From the NCBI GenBank assembly GCA_021732285.1, contig JAKFVH010000073.1, positions 2,862 through 66,861 on the forward strand: DNA of 64,000 nucleotides, read 5' to 3'. Position numbers and translations under genes: made by a program. The notes beneath the pieces were generated by a model. It saw only the letters and a list, made by a program, of their open reading frames with translations, was not told where the DNA came from and searched no databases. This document shows, piece after piece, positions 60,068 to 64,000 of this stretch (its first letter is position 1; the number at the start of each line of letters is the position of its first letter). Source of the stretch: Reyranella sp. GTDB taxonomy: Bacteria > Pseudomonadota > Alphaproteobacteria > Reyranellales > Reyranellaceae.

Positions 60068-60533
60068 ACTGGACGCCCACGACCTCGTAGGAGCGGGCGC
60101 CGCGCGGCGTCTGGACTTCGACGGTGTCGCCCACCGTCTTGCCGATCAGGGCCCGGCCGATCGGCGAGGTCACCGAGATGCGGCCCTTGGTGAGGTCGGC
60201 CTCGTAGGGGCCGACGATCTGGTATTTCACCTTCTCGTCGGTGTCCTCGTCGGCCAGCCGCACGGTGGCGCCGAACTTCACGACCTTGCCGGAAAGCTTG
60301 CTGAAATCGATCACCTCGGCGCGCGCGACGATGTCCTCGATCTCGGCGATGCGGCCTTCGATGAAGCCCTGGCGTTCGCGCGCGGAGGTATATTCGGCGT
60401 TCTCCGAAAGATCGCCATGCTCGCGCGCCGCCGCGATCGCCTTGATGATCGCCGGGCGCTCAATGCTCTTCAGCTGCTTCAGTTCGTCCTCGAGGACTTT
60501 CAGCCCCTCGGCCGTCGTCGGAACCCTTTCCAT
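60060..60533 (-). CDS. greA: Transcription elongation factor GreA
   Basis: [27 protein letters not shown]; ATG at 60533. Confidence 0.97.
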   Translation of the reverse strand: MERVPTTAEGLKVLEDELKQLKSIERPAIIKAIAAAREHGDLSENAEYTSARERQGFIEGRIAEIEDIVARAEVIDFSKLSGKVVKFGATVRLADEDTDEKVKYQIVGPYEADLTKGRISVTSPIGRALIGKTVGDTVEVQTPRGARSYEVVGVQFK

Positions 60534-60622
60534 TGCCTGATCGTCCTTAATGAATCGTGCGGCGTCAACGCCCATCCCGGCCCATCAGGCCGGTTGCAAT
60601 GCGCCTGATTTGGGCTCGGAAG

Positions 60623-63868
<3,246 letters not shown>

Positions 63869-63872
63869 TCGG

Positions 63873-64000
63873 TTATTTGCCGCCCTTGCTCTTGTCGATC
63901 ATGTCGACGAAGCGATCGAACAGGTAGTGGCTGTCGGTCGGGCCGGGCGAGGCCTCGGGATGGTACTGCACCGAGAAGGCCGGCTTGTCGATGCAGCGCA
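63873..64000 (-). CDS. carA: Carbamoyl-phosphate synthase small subunit (3' end only)
   Basis: Hand translation [34 protein letters not shown]. Confidence 0.93.
   Translation of the reverse strand, partial: RCIDKPAFSVQYHPEASPGPTDSHYLFDRFVDMIDKSKGGK

Overview
High-GC alphaproteobacterial chromosome segment; gene order and repeat families suggest a Reyranella-like organism (inference). Most of it is core genome: the dcw cluster (mraZ-rsmH-ftsL-ftsI-murE-murF-mraY-murD-ftsW), rnpB, uvrB, thrC, the aa3 cytochrome c oxidase operon, an aspartate aminotransferase, an EF-G paralog, msrP, trxB-lysR, lrp, greA and carAB. Small accessory inserts and several families of short palindromic repeats are scattered through it. 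The best candidate for something undescribed is at 47796-48230, a gene the ORF track splits. It encodes a Tat-signal, thioredoxin-fold protein with an in-frame TGA at the first position of a UxxC motif, followed by a hairpin with the geometry of the E. coli fdhF SECIS, so it is a probable periplasmic selenoprotein. It lies next to an SxxC paralog that shares a 5' hairpin, and upstream of an msrP that has no adjacent msrQ. Other notable items: a palindromic repeat translated in frame inside murE, nested repeat insertions, a candidate LysR-controlled sRNA with anti-Shine-Dalgarno loops, a transglutaminase lacking its catalytic Cys, and an orphan degenerate CpaF ATPase. All calls come from reading the sequence; no database searches were run.
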